DNA of 29,444 nucleotides from an uncultured Verrucomicrobiales bacterium (GTDB lineage: Bacteria; Verrucomicrobiota; Verrucomicrobiia; Verrucomicrobiales; DEV007): contig CALKOM010000147.1 of assembly GCA_938091905.1 (NCBI GenBank), positions 1 to 29,444 of the forward strand, given 5' to 3'. Shown piece after piece: positions 9,078 through 19,824 of the stretch. Numbering within the stretch: the first letter of the stretch is position 1; every line of letters starts with the position of its first letter. A model generated the notes under the pieces. It was not told where the DNA came from and did no database searches. It worked only from the letters and a program-made list of their open reading frames with translations. The translations under genes were made by a program, and so were the position numbers.

Positions 9078-9701
9078 ATGGCATTCTCTCGCTCAGGCTA
9101 TCTCTGTGTGGTTTCCGGACCCTCGGGCTGTGGCAAGACCACCCTTTGTCGCGCGCAGGCAAAGCTGCCAGGCTACGTTTACTCGATTTCATGCACCACG
9201 CGAGCGCCGAGAACAGGCGAAGTGAATGGAAAAGACTACCATTTTCTCTACGAAGAGGAATTCCTCGATCGCGTAAAACGAAAGCAATTCTTAGAATACG
9301 CCAAAGTTCATGAGAACTATTATGGCACGCTCAAGAGCACCGTCATGGGGCACCTGGAACAAGGCTCCAATGTCCTTATGGACCTTGATGTTCAAGGAGC
9401 TGACAAGATTCGCCGCGTGCGTGACAAAGCGATTAAAGAGGCCTACGTGGATCTCTTTGTCATGCCACCGAGTTTGAAAGAGCTCCACCGTCGACTCAGC
9501 GGTCGTGGTACTGAGGAAGAAGCTGTTGTCGCCCTCCGTATGGACAACGCCCGAGAAGAAATCAAACACTGGCGTGACTATCAGTACGTCATGACTAGCG
9601 GGAGACCTTCGGAAGATCGCGAAACTTTTAGAGCGATCCTCGAAGCCGAGAGTCATCGTTCTCAGCGCCTCTATTTGGAGAGTGATTCGCGCAAAGCATG
9701 A
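9078..9701 (+). CDS. gmk: Guanylate kinase
   Basis: P-loop GPSGCGKT; SISCTTRAPRTGEVNGKDYHF; YYGT; DVQGA; RGTE. Confidence 0.96.
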   Translation: MAFSRSGYLCVVSGPSGCGKTTLCRAQAKLPGYVYSISCTTRAPRTGEVNGKDYHFLYEEEFLDRVKRKQFLEYAKVHENYYGTLKSTVMGHLEQGSNVLMDLDVQGADKIRRVRDKAIKEAYVDLFVMPPSLKELHRRLSGRGTEEEAVVALRMDNAREEIKHWRDYQYVMTSGRPSEDRETFRAILEAESHRSQRLYLESDSRKA

Positions 9702-9712
9702 GTTTAAAACGA

Positions 9713-9746
9713 AAAAACCTACTAGATCGAAGTCTGGTAGGTTTTT
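9713..9746. terminator. Bidirectional intrinsic terminator between gmk and ftsH
   Basis: AAAAACCTACTAGA-TCGAAG-TCTGGTAGGTTTTT hairpin with flanking A and T tracts, between convergent genes. Confidence 0.8.
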
Positions 9747-9770
9747 CCTAAAAGTGTTTACCGGCTACTC

Positions 9771-11897
9771 CTACGCAGGGGCACCTGCGAGATCGCCTGG
9801 CAAGTCACCGTCGCGAGATCGCTTCTCTTCTTCGGTCGGCTTGGGCTTGTCCTCTTCTTCTACTTTCGGAGGTAATTCAGGTGGCTGAGGGTTGGTCGGC
9901 GGGTCTGTCATGTGGCCATGCTTGACGATTTCCTCGATGTGATGGCCATCGAGCGTTTCGTATTCAAGGAGTGCCTGTGCGACTGCCTCCAGAGCGTCTC
10001 TCTTCTCGGTTAGGATACGCATCGCCGTCTCGTAGGCCTCGTCGATGAGACGCTTAATCTCTGCGTCGATCTTCTGCGCGGTCGCTTCACTGTAGCCACG
10101 TCCGCCACCGCCGCCGATGTCTTTGGCCACGAAAACATGCTCATCATTGGCACCGTATTCTACCATACCGAGAGCTTCACTCATACCCCATTCGCAGACC
10201 ATGCGTTTGGCTAGCGTCGTGGCCATTCGAATGTCGCCGCTAGCACCGCTGGTGACATCGCCGAATTTGATTTCCTCTGCGACACGACCACCCATATCCA
10301 CGATGAGAGAATCGAGTATTTCCTTCTTTCGGGTCTGATACTTGTCTTCGGCAGGCAGCCACATCGCGGCACCCATGTAAGGGCCACGAGGAATGATCGT
10401 CACTTTGTGAAGTGGTTCGGTATGTTCCAATGAGATCATTAAGATGGCGTGCCCTGCTTCATGGTAAGCGGTGACCTCTTTCTCTTTCTCGCTGATGGCA
10501 AGGCTACGACGCTCCTTACCCCAACGCACCTTGTCGCGGGCTTCCTCAAGTTCAGCTGTCGTGATCGATTTGAGACCTTTGCGAGCGGCATGCAGTGCGG
10601 CCTCGTTGATCACGTTGGCCAGTTCAGCTCCAGAATAACCAGGGGTGCCACGAGCCACGATGCCGAGGTCGACAGAGTCTGACATCTTCACCTTCTTGGA
10701 ATGCACATTTAGGATTTGTTCACGGCCCTTCACGTCGGGCAGGCTGACGGTGACTTGGCGGTCGAAACGACCTGGGCGGAGCAACGCAGGGTCAAGGACA
10801 TCCGGCCGATTCGTGGCGGCGATGATAATGACGCCCTCTTGGGTATCAAAACCATCCATCTCCACAAGAAGCGCATTCAGGGTCTGCTCGCGCTCATCAT
10901 GTCCACCACCTAGACCGTGACCCCGATGGCGGCCGACGGCGTCAATCTCGTCAATGAAGATCAAACAGGGCGAACTCTTCTTACCTTGCTCGAACATGTC
11001 GCGCACACGGGAAGCGCCGACACCGACGAACATTTCAACAAAATCGGAACCACTGATGCTGAAGAAGGGGACATCGGCTTCACCCGCAATGGCACGAGCG
11101 AGCAATGTCTTGCCTGTACCCGGAGGGCCAACCATGAGGACACCTTTCGGAATGCTACCACCGAGACGTTGAAACTTCTTAGGATCTTTGAGGAACTCGA
11201 CTAGTTCCCAGACCTCTTCTTTCGCTTCTTCAACGCCGGCGACGTCCTTGAACGTGACCTTGTTTTTCTCGACCGCCATCATCTTCGCGCGGCTCTTGCC
11301 GAAGCTCATGGCACCCCGCCCGGCGTTCTTCAACTGGTGACGAAAGAAGAAGTAGAGCAGCAACACGATCAGAAAGATCGGGAGAAATTGCATCATGGGA
11401 CTGTTCCACACACTCGTGCGAGTGATCTGGCGCGGGCTAATGCCAGCCGCATCTAGCTTCTCTTTGAATTCTTCACCCAGAGCGTCGAATTCGAGAAAGA
11501 CTTCGGTGCTAAAGCCAGCTTCTCCGTTCGGAAGCTTTTCGGTTTGTGACGGAGGTGTCTTTGAGAAACGGCCCGGAATGTAAAAACCTTCAACAGTGAC
11601 TTTACCGGTAGAAATTTCGCGCACGAGGCTGAGTTGCTTGGCACCTGTGCTTCGCACAAGCGGGTCGTCTTCCATGTTCCCAGCCGTCATTGCGGCAGTG
11701 CTTTCCTCAAGAAGCGCGATCAGCGATTCATAGCTCAAATCTGTCTCGCGGCTGCTTTTGCTGGAATACACGAATGCCCCAACGATAAGCATCATGGCGA
11801 TCGAGAGGAGAATGAGCCCCCGCCAATTGAAATTGGGATCTTTGCCACTCCCGCGAGGTTCGTTGGAGTCGGAGTTCAATGGGTTGTTGTCAGACAT
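9771..11897 (-). CDS. ftsH: ATP-dependent zinc metalloprotease FtsH
   Basis: Two TM helices; Walker A GPPGTGKT; Walker [31 protein letters not shown]; zinc motif HEAGH. Confidence 0.98.
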   Translation of the reverse strand: MSDNNPLNSDSNEPRGSGKDPNFNWRGLILLSIAMMLIVGAFVYSSKSSRETDLSYESLIALLEESTAAMTAGNMEDDPLVRSTGAKQLSLVREISTGKVTVEGFYIPGRFSKTPPSQTEKLPNGEAGFSTEVFLEFDALGEEFKEKLDAAGISPRQITRTSVWNSPMMQFLPIFLIVLLLYFFFRHQLKNAGRGAMSFGKSRAKMMAVEKNKVTFKDVAGVEEAKEEVWELVEFLKDPKKFQRLGGSIPKGVLMVGPPGTGKTLLARAIAGEADVPFFSISGSDFVEMFVGVGASRVRDMFEQGKKSSPCLIFIDEIDAVGRHRGHGLGGGHDEREQTLNALLVEMDGFDTQEGVIIIAATNRPDVLDPALLRPGRFDRQVTVSLPDVKGREQILNVHSKKVKMSDSVDLGIVARGTPGYSGAELANVINEAALHAARKGLKSITTAELEEARDKVRWGKERRSLAISEKEKEVTAYHEAGHAILMISLEHTEPLHKVTIIPRGPYMGAAMWLPAEDKYQTRKKEILDSLIVDMGGRVAEEIKFGDVTSGASGDIRMATTLAKRMVCEWGMSEALGMVEYGANDEHVFVAKDIGGGGGRGYSEATAQKIDAEIKRLIDEAYETAMRILTEKRDALEAVAQALLEYETLDGHHIEEIVKHGHMTDPPTNPQPPELPPKVEEEDKPKPTEEEKRSRDGDLPGDLAGAPA

Positions 11898-12098
11898 CTA
11901 TACAAGGTGTTGCAGCGCACGCCGCGCAGGGGAAAAAGGTATCACAGCGGCTCCAAGCCCGCAAATGGATTACGTCAGCAGGACTTGTGCCGATGCTCTT
12001 TTAGAGCGGGGCGCCAAAGATGCGACCTATTCTTGGCAAATTCGCTCCGACACGTCACTGGAATTCTGGATGCGAGCCGAGCCATATTAATGTTACGC

Positions 12099-12506
12099 AT
12101 GTCGTTGCGTGCTTATGCTTGTCTTGGCCTATCTCGAGACTTCGATATTGGTAAAATCACTCCTCGAATCGGCTTGAAGCCTTCCAAGCCCATTGCCAAG
12201 CACACAAAGGTCCCTGAGCGAGGGATCCCCAAGACGGCGCTCCTTCGTTACGCCCAGTCACATAGCGAAGACGACGTGCCGGACGTGATTGCACTGGCAG
12301 ACGAGGTCGTGAGAGCATTGGAGCCTTATACCGCAGATCTTCGCAAGATCGTTGAGAAACACGATGTTCAGGCCCGTCTTGAAGTGGTCCTAGTGGTGGA
12401 TAAGCGGGGAGACCTGTCCACACCAGCCATCGGTTTCTCAACCCGCGCCGTGGCCTTTCTAGCACAAATTCAGGCATTTATCGACGTCGATACCTACTTT
12501 GAATGA
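12099..12506 (+). CDS. DUF4279-like protein
   Basis: FDIGKITPRIGLKPS start and STPAIGFSTRAVAFLAQIQAFIDVDTY end fit DUF4279. The upstream part of the 11634 ORF is largely antisense to ftsH. Alternative start at 12090. Confidence 0.72.
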   Translation: MSLRAYACLGLSRDFDIGKITPRIGLKPSKPIAKHTKVPERGIPKTALLRYAQSHSEDDVPDVIALADEVVRALEPYTADLRKIVEKHDVQARLEVVLVVDKRGDLSTPAIGFSTRAVAFLAQIQAFIDVDTYFE

Positions 12507-12543
12507 TACTTATATAAAGACGAGTTTCTCGATGACTGGCCGA

Positions 12544-13351
12544 CGCCAAGAGTTCGCGTAGTACGCGTGCATCTTGCTGCTCGACAAGCCGAAGGTCACA
12601 CGGTCCGACCCAAAAATTTAGGTAACGGTGATCCAACCTCAACTAATGCAGGAGGGTTGCCACCTAGCCATGGTGATGGACGATACCTTCTACCGCATGC
12701 TGTGAGAACCCATCTGTGGCACCATGGACAGGTCCTCCCCGGAACCCACCTCCAGCAGCCCACTGGCGAAACCCATAGGTGTTGTAATCTCGGCCAGCTT
12801 TGGCGGGATTGGTCAGCCAGTCACGGAATTGGATCACCGGCAATCGGCCCATTTCACTGCCCGAATGCACAATGGTAGTGATTACTGCCGTCAGCAATTG
12901 GGATAGCAGGATATCCCATAGGTTGAAACGCCCAGTGGGCTATCTCCTCCTCAGTGAATCGGGCCTGCTCAACATCGCCAGGCTAGAGCCGAGCCGTCCC
13001 CGCTCTTTGTTTGAGCCACTCGTGAATCGTGTCGTTCTGATCCACCGAAAGCTTTTTCTTTCCTTCTCGCATCTCGTCAGCAGCGATCCGTTTTGAGAGC
13101 GGGCTGCTCAAAGGGGCACCACTCGTCACGGCTGGACCAGATTCGCCCCCCGTTCGCATCAGCAGGACGAGACGCAAATCAAGATCACCTCCTCTAACAC
13201 CGTCTTTACCGTGACAGTGGAAACACGCCACCTTTAAAATCGGGCGGACCTCGGGTTCGAAGGTTAGTTCAGCCATGCTTGAGTCGACAAGCAAGCTCCA
13301 AACGAACCCTCCCAGTTGGGCAAGTCGTCGGGGAAAGAGTCTTCATTGCAT
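12544..13351 (-). pseudogene. Chimeric remnant: planctomycete cytochrome c/DUF1549 5' part joined to DUF1501 3' part
   Basis: TFEPEVRPILKVACFHCHG...LDLR...GGESGPA (PSCyt1 CxxCH), TAG at 12983, HWAFQP (entry to DUF1549). At ~12900 it switches to GSEMGRLP...GRDYN...AGGGFRGG.VHGATD...VHHH..ATLLH.L.LDH (DUF1501 C-terminus), with stops at 12664 and 12643. Confidence 0.82.
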
Positions 13352-13550
13352 GAGCCAACCTTCAGAAACTATCTAAATTGGCGACCGTCTTGGGGTAGAA
13401 TAGCGCCTCGCCCCTTCGCGATGAACTGACCAAAGAACTCTCGTTGTCTCGCGGGCAGCACAGTAGCTAATGGTGATGTAAGGCTAATACTGTTCATCGA
13501 GCCGCCCCGACGGCGGTTGACCTCATTGGGACTTCAGCCCATGCTAGTCC

Positions 13551-14273
13551 ATGGTTTTTACCTGCAAAGCCTGTGGCGCCGCTCTAAAAGAGTCCGATAT
13601 CAGTTTCGACACGGGCATCGCAATTTGCGAGCATTGTCAGGCGGTCATGAGCTTCGCCGAGGACCTAAATGTTTCCTCTGCCCAGGACTTCCCCAGCTTA
13701 GTGAAAGCCAAAGTAGGGCGGCCGGAGAACGTCGACATTGAAGACACACCGCTGAGGTTGCGGCTATCGCGTCGGTGGTACCATCCAGGCTTGTTCTTCC
13801 TGCTCTTCTTCTGCATCGCTTGGAATGCGTTTCTGATAGGCTGGTACACCATGGGTTCCCAAATGGGAGAGGATGGGGTCATCGGGCTCATCATGTTCAT
13901 CTTTCCCACTGGGCATGTCGCCGTCGGGGTGAGCCTCGCCTATGGAGTGATCGCCGGCTTCCTTAATCGCACGACGGTCGAGGTCAGTGCCAGCGAACTC
14001 TCGATTCGGCACGGTCCTATTCCTTGGAAGGGAAACCAGCGGCTTGCGGCCAGCGATATTTCGCAGATCTATTGCAAGGCGTCCAAGGCAGCTGTCCGAC
14101 GAGAAGCTGCCGCGGTTCTACAGCCGACACTCTACGCCAAGCTCAAGGACGACCGTCGGATCAAGCTGTTGAGCAAGATGGGTGAACTGGAAACGCTTCG
14201 TTATCTAGAACAACGCCTGGAAGAACGTCTTGGGATAAATGATCGATCGGTGCCGGGTGAGTACACGAGTTAG
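13551..14273 (+). CDS. Hypothetical membrane protein with N-terminal zinc-ribbon-like motif
   Basis: CKAC...CEHC at the N-terminus; two hydrophobic segments (FFLLFFCIAWNAFLIGWY; IGLIMFIFPTGHVAVGVSLAYGVIAGFL). Confidence 0.8.
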   Translation: MVFTCKACGAALKESDISFDTGIAICEHCQAVMSFAEDLNVSSAQDFPSLVKAKVGRPENVDIEDTPLRLRLSRRWYHPGLFFLLFFCIAWNAFLIGWYTMGSQMGEDGVIGLIMFIFPTGHVAVGVSLAYGVIAGFLNRTTVEVSASELSIRHGPIPWKGNQRLAASDISQIYCKASKAAVRREAAAVLQPTLYAKLKDDRRIKLLSKMGELETLRYLEQRLEERLGINDRSVPGEYTS

Positions 14274-14293
14274 ACCGGGCAGACCTAGAGGAA

Positions 14294-15304
14294 TTAAGCT
14301 TCCGTTAGATGACCTTCTTTCCTCAGCCACGATTCGGTCCGGCGCATGCCCTCTTCGATAAGAACACGAGGTTCGTATCCCAGAAGAGCTTTCGCCTTGT
14401 CACCCGGGTAAGAGCTTTCCATGGCAAAGAATCGCAAGCGTTCCTCAGTCACAGGTAGTCCAAGATCTAACATTTTATTAAAAGGTCGCAACATCCGGGC
14501 GGTCCATGCAGGGGCCTCGACGCGACTCGAGCGGCCGACCATGCGACCAAAGTAGTCGTAGAAGTCCGACATGGGAATTTCTGGGTCACAGACATTGAAC
14601 GCCTGGCCTGGTGCCTTTGGTGACGTTCCTGCTAGCAGTAAGGCGTCGACCAGATTGTCAATGAAGGTTGGAAACGCATGGCCACGACCGTCGCCAAAGA
14701 TAACGGGGCGTCGCCCTTGCACTTTGGCCAACGCACCCAGTGTCCAAGTGGGTGAGCTTGGACCGTAGACCATGCCGGGTCTAATGACGGTGAACTCCAC
14801 CCCCAGTTTCTCTGCCAATTCGAAGCCGCGTTCTTCGGCTAGGGCCTTCGTGCGACCATAGGGATCGTCTTGCTCGGTATCGAGTGCGGTCGTCTCGTCG
14901 ATCACGCCGTTACTGGGAAAGCCGTACGCAGCGATCGAACTGACATAAATCACACGCTCTACGTCATTAATCGCCGCGAGATGGAGAAGGTTCTCTGTGG
15001 CCGTAACGTTGAGGTCGTGAGCATCATCGATGGACTGCGCTTGTCCCATCCACCCGGCCAGGTGAAAGAGCACTGTATGCCCGCGAATGAGCTTCCACAT
15101 GCCTTGCTGGTCGAGAAGATCGCAGCGTTCCAGGCGCAGATTCGGGAACTTGCTGAGGTGCTCTACTTTCGTTAGATCGCGCCCCATGGCTGTGACGTGG
15201 GAACCGGCTTGAGCAAGCCTTTCAGCAAGGTGGGAACCAATAAAACCGGTGGCGCCAGTGACGAGCACGGGTTGGTCACACCACTGTTGTCGAGGCGAGG
15301 GCAT
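14294..15304 (-). CDS. NAD-dependent epimerase/dehydratase (extended SDR)
   Basis: VLVTGATGFIGSHL, FHLAG, VSSIAAYG, catalytic YGRTK and IRPGMVYGP. ATG 15304 preferred over TTG 15340. Confidence 0.92.
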   Translation of the reverse strand: MPSPRQQWCDQPVLVTGATGFIGSHLAERLAQAGSHVTAMGRDLTKVEHLSKFPNLRLERCDLLDQQGMWKLIRGHTVLFHLAGWMGQAQSIDDAHDLNVTATENLLHLAAINDVERVIYVSSIAAYGFPSNGVIDETTALDTEQDDPYGRTKALAEERGFELAEKLGVEFTVIRPGMVYGPSSPTWTLGALAKVQGRRPVIFGDGRGHAFPTFIDNLVDALLLAGTSPKAPGQAFNVCDPEIPMSDFYDYFGRMVGRSSRVEAPAWTARMLRPFNKMLDLGLPVTEERLRFFAMESSYPGDKAKALLGYEPRVLIEEGMRRTESWLRKEGHLTEA

Positions 15305-15481
15305 CGGTTCGACCTTGGTAGAAATCTTGTAGCTATTCAACTGAACACGATAATAAATATCGTCTGATTTCTCATTATCATAAAATTATAAATATTGGAA
15401 CGAATCGATGACGTTTTAATCAAAAATGAGAGACGAAGTTGGTGCGTTGAAGGGAATCGCCGATCTTGCTAGGTTTGCCCC

Positions 15482-18400
15482 GTGAACTGCCGTCTAGCCC
15501 TGCTCTTGCTCCTGCTCGCCCTCAATCCTCTGTCGGGCGAAATGGCGATCGAACCCCTCGCAGAAGGGGGCTCTCCCACGGGTAGTTTTACTCGAATGAC
15601 CAATGACGCGACAGGGATTGACCTCGTCTATTGCTTCCCCCAGGAGGCTCCGTTCGCCCTCATGACGGATCATTATTCTGGAAATGGCCTCTGTATTGGC
15701 GACGTCGATGGGGATGGCTTGCCTGATCTCTTTCTCACACACTACGACCAGGGAAATAGGCTCTATCGCAATTTAGGGAACTGGAACTTTGCCGAGGTCA
15801 CTAAGTCAGCTGGCGTAGGAGGAGGCGGAGCCTGGTGTGCTGGACCTAGCTTTGCCGACATTGATAGTGATGGCGATCTTGACCTACATGTCTGTGTGTT
15901 CAATGGACCAAACTTGCTCTATCAAAACGACGGAAACGGCTCTTTTTCCGAAATCTCCGCCCAAGCGGGGCTAAATTTCCGTGGGCCTAGTGTCATGATG
16001 GCCTTTGCCGATTACGACTTGGATGGCGATTTGGACGGCTACCTGGTGACTCATCGGATGCCACTTGAAGACGAGGCGAAACCGCCTCGCAATTCTAAAG
16101 AAGCATTCGATCGTGGGATTATTGAAATCCTAAATGAGAATGGCAAGCGCCGGGCAGTCGTCCCACCGAAGTATCGCGATCTCTTTATGATCATGGACAA
16201 AGGCGAAGGCAGGATCGAACTCGCCACAGCAGGCCACGAGGATGTACTCTATCAGAATGATGGCACCGGAAAGTTTAAGAATGTAAGTATCAAGGCGGGA
16301 ATTGTCGGCAATGACATCGGGCTCGCGGCGACTTGGTGGGATGCCAATGGCGATGGCTACCCCGATCTTTACGTCAGCAACGATTACAAAGGCCCTGATC
16401 ATTTCTATGTAAACCAGAAGGACGGCACGTTTAAAGACATGACCCGCACCGCGTTACCGCACCTTCCCTGGCTCTCGATGGGCAGCGATTTCTCGGACAT
16501 CAATCGTGATGGTCGCATGGACTTCATGGCCACGGACATGGCGGCGACAACCCATTATCAGCAGAAGATTTCTATGGGAGACATGGAGAAAGATCAGTGG
16601 TTTCTCAATCTCTCGGAGCCACGACAGATGATGCGAAACGCGGTCTACCTGAATGTAGGGTCCTTACGTTTCACTGAAGCGGCCTTCCTCAGCGGGCTAG
16701 CGTCAACCGACTGGACGTGGTCGCCAAAGTTCGGCGATCTGGACAATGATGGCTGGGAAGATCTGTTCGTCACCAATGGAATGTCGCGAGACTTCATGAA
16801 CAGTGATCTTGCTAGAAAGACACCGTCTCGCTGGCGAAGCGATGCCTGGGGAAAGACGCCCATCCTGAAACAGAAGAATCTCGCATTCCGCAACACCGGT
16901 GACCTTCATTTTGAGAAGAAAGGCGAAGCCTGGGGCTTGGATCAACTCGCTGCCAGCTATGGGGCAGCCTATGGCGATATTGATAGGGATGGGGACCTCG
17001 ATCTCGTCGTGGTCAATTTTGACGAAGCTGTGTCAGTCTTTCGAAATGACATCAATGATAACAATCGCCTGACTGTCGCGCTTCGGTTCGATGAAGGGAA
17101 TCGTTACGGAATTGGTGCCCAAGTCGAGGTCGAGACCGCCTCAGGAAAGCAGACAAAGCAGCTTTCACTCGCCCGTGGATTCATGTCTGCCAATGAGCCG
17201 ATACTTCATTTCGGATTGGGGAATGAATCTAAAGTCAACCAGCTAACTGTGCGCTGGAAGGGACAGGAGGCCACCTACAAGAACCTCCTTGCCAATCAGC
17301 GTCTTACGATTCGAGGCAATTTCGTTCCAGGAAAAGCCACCGTAAGGAGCCCTAGCCTATATACGCAGGTCAACCTGCCTCAAATGCCTGCTGCTCATAT
17401 CGAGAAGCCCTATAACGATTACGCTAGGCAACCGCTCCTTCCGATGAAGCACTCCCAAATGGGTCCTTGTCTTGCCATGGCAGATGTGAACGGTGATGGC
17501 ATTGATGATTTCTACCTTGGTGGAGCAGCTGGGCAATCGGGGCAACTGACGTTGATCACCGGGAAGTCCATGCCAGTCATGACGAAGCCGTTTGAAGAAC
17601 ACGCTGCTCAAGAAGACATGGGGTCCTTGTTCTTCGATGCGGATGGCGACGGAGACCAGGATCTCTACGTCGTCTCCGGAGGTGTGGAATGCGAGCCTGG
17701 AAGCCCGTTGCTCAAAGACCGTCTCTATCAGAATGACGGTAAAGGAAACTTCAGTGATGTTTCCAAACGCCTACCTGGCAACACGTATTCTGGAAGCGGT
17801 GTTGCAGCTGCGGACATGGACCACGACGGCGACCTCGATCTCTTTGTTGGTTCTCGGATCCTTCCTGGAAGCTATCCCGAGGCGCCAAGGAGCCAGTTGC
17901 TCATCAACGAGAACGGCACGTTTACCGACCGTGGAATTAAGTTAGATACCGGCATGGTGACCGGTGCCCTGTGGACAGACCTGAACGATGATGGATGGCA
18001 AGACTTGGTCGTCGCGCAGGATTGGGGACCGTTGAAATGCTGGCTCAACGAGAAAGGCACACTGAAAGACATCACGGAATCGAGTGGCCTTGCAGAATGG
18101 ACCGGATGGTGGCGAGGCCTGGCCAGCCGCGATCTCGATGGCGATGGTGATCTTGATCTCGTCGCCACCAATTTGGGTCTGAATACCAAGTATAAAGCTT
18201 CTGCCGAGCATCCCTTGCACCTCTACTATGGTGACTTGGCCGGTACGGGACAGAAACGCCTTGTCGAGGCGGGTTACGAGGCGGACACCCTGTATCCGAA
18301 GCGTGGTAAGAGTTGTTCAACACGTGCCATGCCGACCTTGGGAGAACGATTCACCAGCTACCATCAATTTGCTAGTGCCACTCTTACAGAAATCTATGGG

Positions 18401-19060
18401 CAACGGCTCAATGAAGCGGTAGAGAAGTCCGTGACCACGTTGACCTCTGGGGCCTTCCTCAACGACGGCGACGATCATTTTAGCTGGATGCCCTTCCCTC
18501 GAGTCGCGCAGCTCTCGCCGGGCTACGGCATTGCGGTTGCGGAATTGAATGGGGATACCCGCCCTGATGTCTATTTCGTGCAGAATAACTTCCAACCTCA
18601 GGCCGAGACAGGGCGTTTTGATAGCGGCCTCAGCCAAGTGCTCTATGGGAACGGCGATGGGACCTTTGAAGTTCCAGCGGAGCCGATAGGATTGATCGTT
18701 TCTGGTGATGCGACCGCACTTGTGATGACCGACTGGAATCGCAACGGCGGAGCCGATTGGCTTGTAGGGCAGAACGATGGTCCTGTGCTCGCTTTCCAAC
18801 GGGCTAAAGGCACGCCGGCAACCCTGATGGTGCGTTTGCGAGGATCGTTGATAGCGGGCAGTCGGGTGCAGGTCGTTTCCAAGACCGGCTTGACGCAGAC
18901 TGCCGAACTTCAACAAGGCGGCGGGTATCTTTCACAGAGCGCCTCCATGCTGAGTTTCGGCGCCGTAGGAGATGGTGCCAAAGTGCGCATCCGGTGGCCA
19001 GATGGACGGACCACGGAGGCAAGCGTGACCAAACCGTTCATGACATTCCCTGCTCCTTGA
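15482..19060 (+). CDS. Secreted FG-GAP/VCBS-repeat protein with two ASPIC/UnbV-like domains (CRTAC1-like)
   Basis: Signal peptide; many D-x-D-x-D-G-x-x-D-L repeats; ASPIC-like motifs GIGAQV...RGFMSANEPILHFGLG and GSRV...GGGYLSQSASMLSFG...IRWPDG. Confidence 0.9.
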   Translation: MNCRLALLLLLLALNPLSGEMAIEPLAEGGSPTGSFTRMTNDATGIDLVYCFPQEAPFALMTDHYSGNGLCIGDVDGDGLPDLFLTHYDQGNRLYRNLGNWNFAEVTKSAGVGGGGAWCAGPSFADIDSDGDLDLHVCVFNGPNLLYQNDGNGSFSEISAQAGLNFRGPSVMMAFADYDLDGDLDGYLVTHRMPLEDEAKPPRNSKEAFDRGIIEILNENGKRRAVVPPKYRDLFMIMDKGEGRIELATAGHEDVLYQNDGTGKFKNVSIKAGIVGNDIGLAATWWDANGDGYPDLYVSNDYKGPDHFYVNQKDGTFKDMTRTALPHLPWLSMGSDFSDINRDGRMDFMATDMAATTHYQQKISMGDMEKDQWFLNLSEPRQMMRNAVYLNVGSLRFTEAAFLSGLASTDWTWSPKFGDLDNDGWEDLFVTNGMSRDFMNSDLARKTPSRWRSDAWGKTPILKQKNLAFRNTGDLHFEKKGEAWGLDQLAASYGAAYGDIDRDGDLDLVVVNFDEAVSVFRNDINDNNRLTVALRFDEGNRYGIGAQVEVETASGKQTKQLSLARGFMSANEPILHFGLGNESKVNQLTVRWKGQEATYKNLLANQRLTIRGNFVPGKATVRSPSLYTQVNLPQMPAAHIEKPYNDYARQPLLPMKHSQMGPCLAMADVNGDGIDDFYLGGAAGQSGQLTLITGKSMPVMTKPFEEHAAQEDMGSLFFDADGDGDQDLYVVSGGVECEPGSPLLKDRLYQNDGKGNFSDVSKRLPGNTYSGSGVAAADMDHDGDLDLFVGSRILPGSYPEAPRSQLLINENGTFTDRGIKLDTGMVTGALWTDLNDDGWQDLVVAQDWGPLKCWLNEKGTLKDITESSGLAEWTGWWRGLASRDLDGDGDLDLVATNLGLNTKYKASAEHPLHLYYGDLAGTGQKRLVEAGYEADTLYPKRGKSCSTRAMPTLGERFTSYHQFASATLTEIYGQRLNEAVEKSVTTLTSGAFLNDGDDHFSWMPFPRVAQLSPGYGIAVAELNGDTRPDVYFVQNNFQPQAETGRFDSGLSQVLYGNGDGTFEVPAEPIGLIVSGDATALVMTDWNRNGGADWLVGQNDGPVLAFQRAKGTPATLMVRLRGSLIAGSRVQVVSKTGLTQTAELQQGGGYLSQSASMLSFGAVGDGAKVRIRWPDGRTTEASVTKPFMTFPAP

Positions 19061-19062
19061 TC

Positions 19063-19758
19063 ATGAAATACCTCCTAGCCTGTCTCGCTCTTGTCACTAG
19101 CGCTTGTAGTACGACCACAGAATCGAAGGTGCCTTTGCTAAAAGTGGATTATGTAGGCCCTGGTACTTTTCGGTGGGGCACGCATGAGGGCTATTCGCTT
19201 CTATCATTCACCCAAGACACGGTCATGCCGCGGATCGCTAGCGATGGCACCTTCTATCTGGACAACTTCCAGTTGGCGATCAGCAAGGACGACGAGTCTG
19301 GGCGAAGTGGCCAAGTCCTTCCAGAACGATACATCCCTCTTGCCGGTGATGGTGGCATCGTCGATTTCTCGGCCTTCACAAGTGATGGCCGCGTGGTGGT
19401 GACACGCCAACACTGTGGACGGGACTATGCGCTCGATGTGTTGCAATTGCGGCGTGAGGGGTTGGAGTTGATTGATCACGATCGGGTGGAGTTAATGGGC
19501 GATCCAGAACCGCAGGACATTGTCGTCTTCGGAAAAGTTTACTTCAAACAAGATCCAATCACCGACCTTGTTGAGGCCAAACACCGTTTCTTCCGTGCCG
19601 GAGTCCATTATCCAAAGCTGGCCCTCCAGTTTCTCAGACAGCTTGAGGATCGCGCCGAGGATGATCGCAATCCCGTTCTCGGAGCCGAAACGCTCAATTA
19701 TCGAGAACGATTCGAATTGTTGGAGGAAATACCTCTAATCACAGAGGAGAATTCGTGA
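19063..19758 (+). CDS. Hypothetical lipoprotein
   Basis: From ATG 19063, MKYLLACLALVTSA-C is lipobox-like; starts 2 nt after the FG-GAP gene stop. No family recognised. Confidence 0.72.
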   Translation: MKYLLACLALVTSACSTTTESKVPLLKVDYVGPGTFRWGTHEGYSLLSFTQDTVMPRIASDGTFYLDNFQLAISKDDESGRSGQVLPERYIPLAGDGGIVDFSAFTSDGRVVVTRQHCGRDYALDVLQLRREGLELIDHDRVELMGDPEPQDIVVFGKVYFKQDPITDLVEAKHRFFRAGVHYPKLALQFLRQLEDRAEDDRNPVLGAETLNYRERFELLEEIPLITEENS

Positions 19759-19824
19759 GTGGAATTGCCTTTGCTCAGCCCTTCAGTTAGGGTATCCACC
19801 ACCGCCTAACCAATTCTAAAGATC

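Noticed and set aside
11634..12089. Long N-terminal extension of the DUF4279-like ORF
   Set aside because: It overlaps ftsH antisense and its upstream region; protein-like sequence only begins at ATG 12090/12099.
15365..15380. Possible Fur box (TGATAATGAGAAATCA on the minus strand)
   Set aside because: Only one half-site matches well and no iron-related gene is adjacent; kept only as a generic palindrome.
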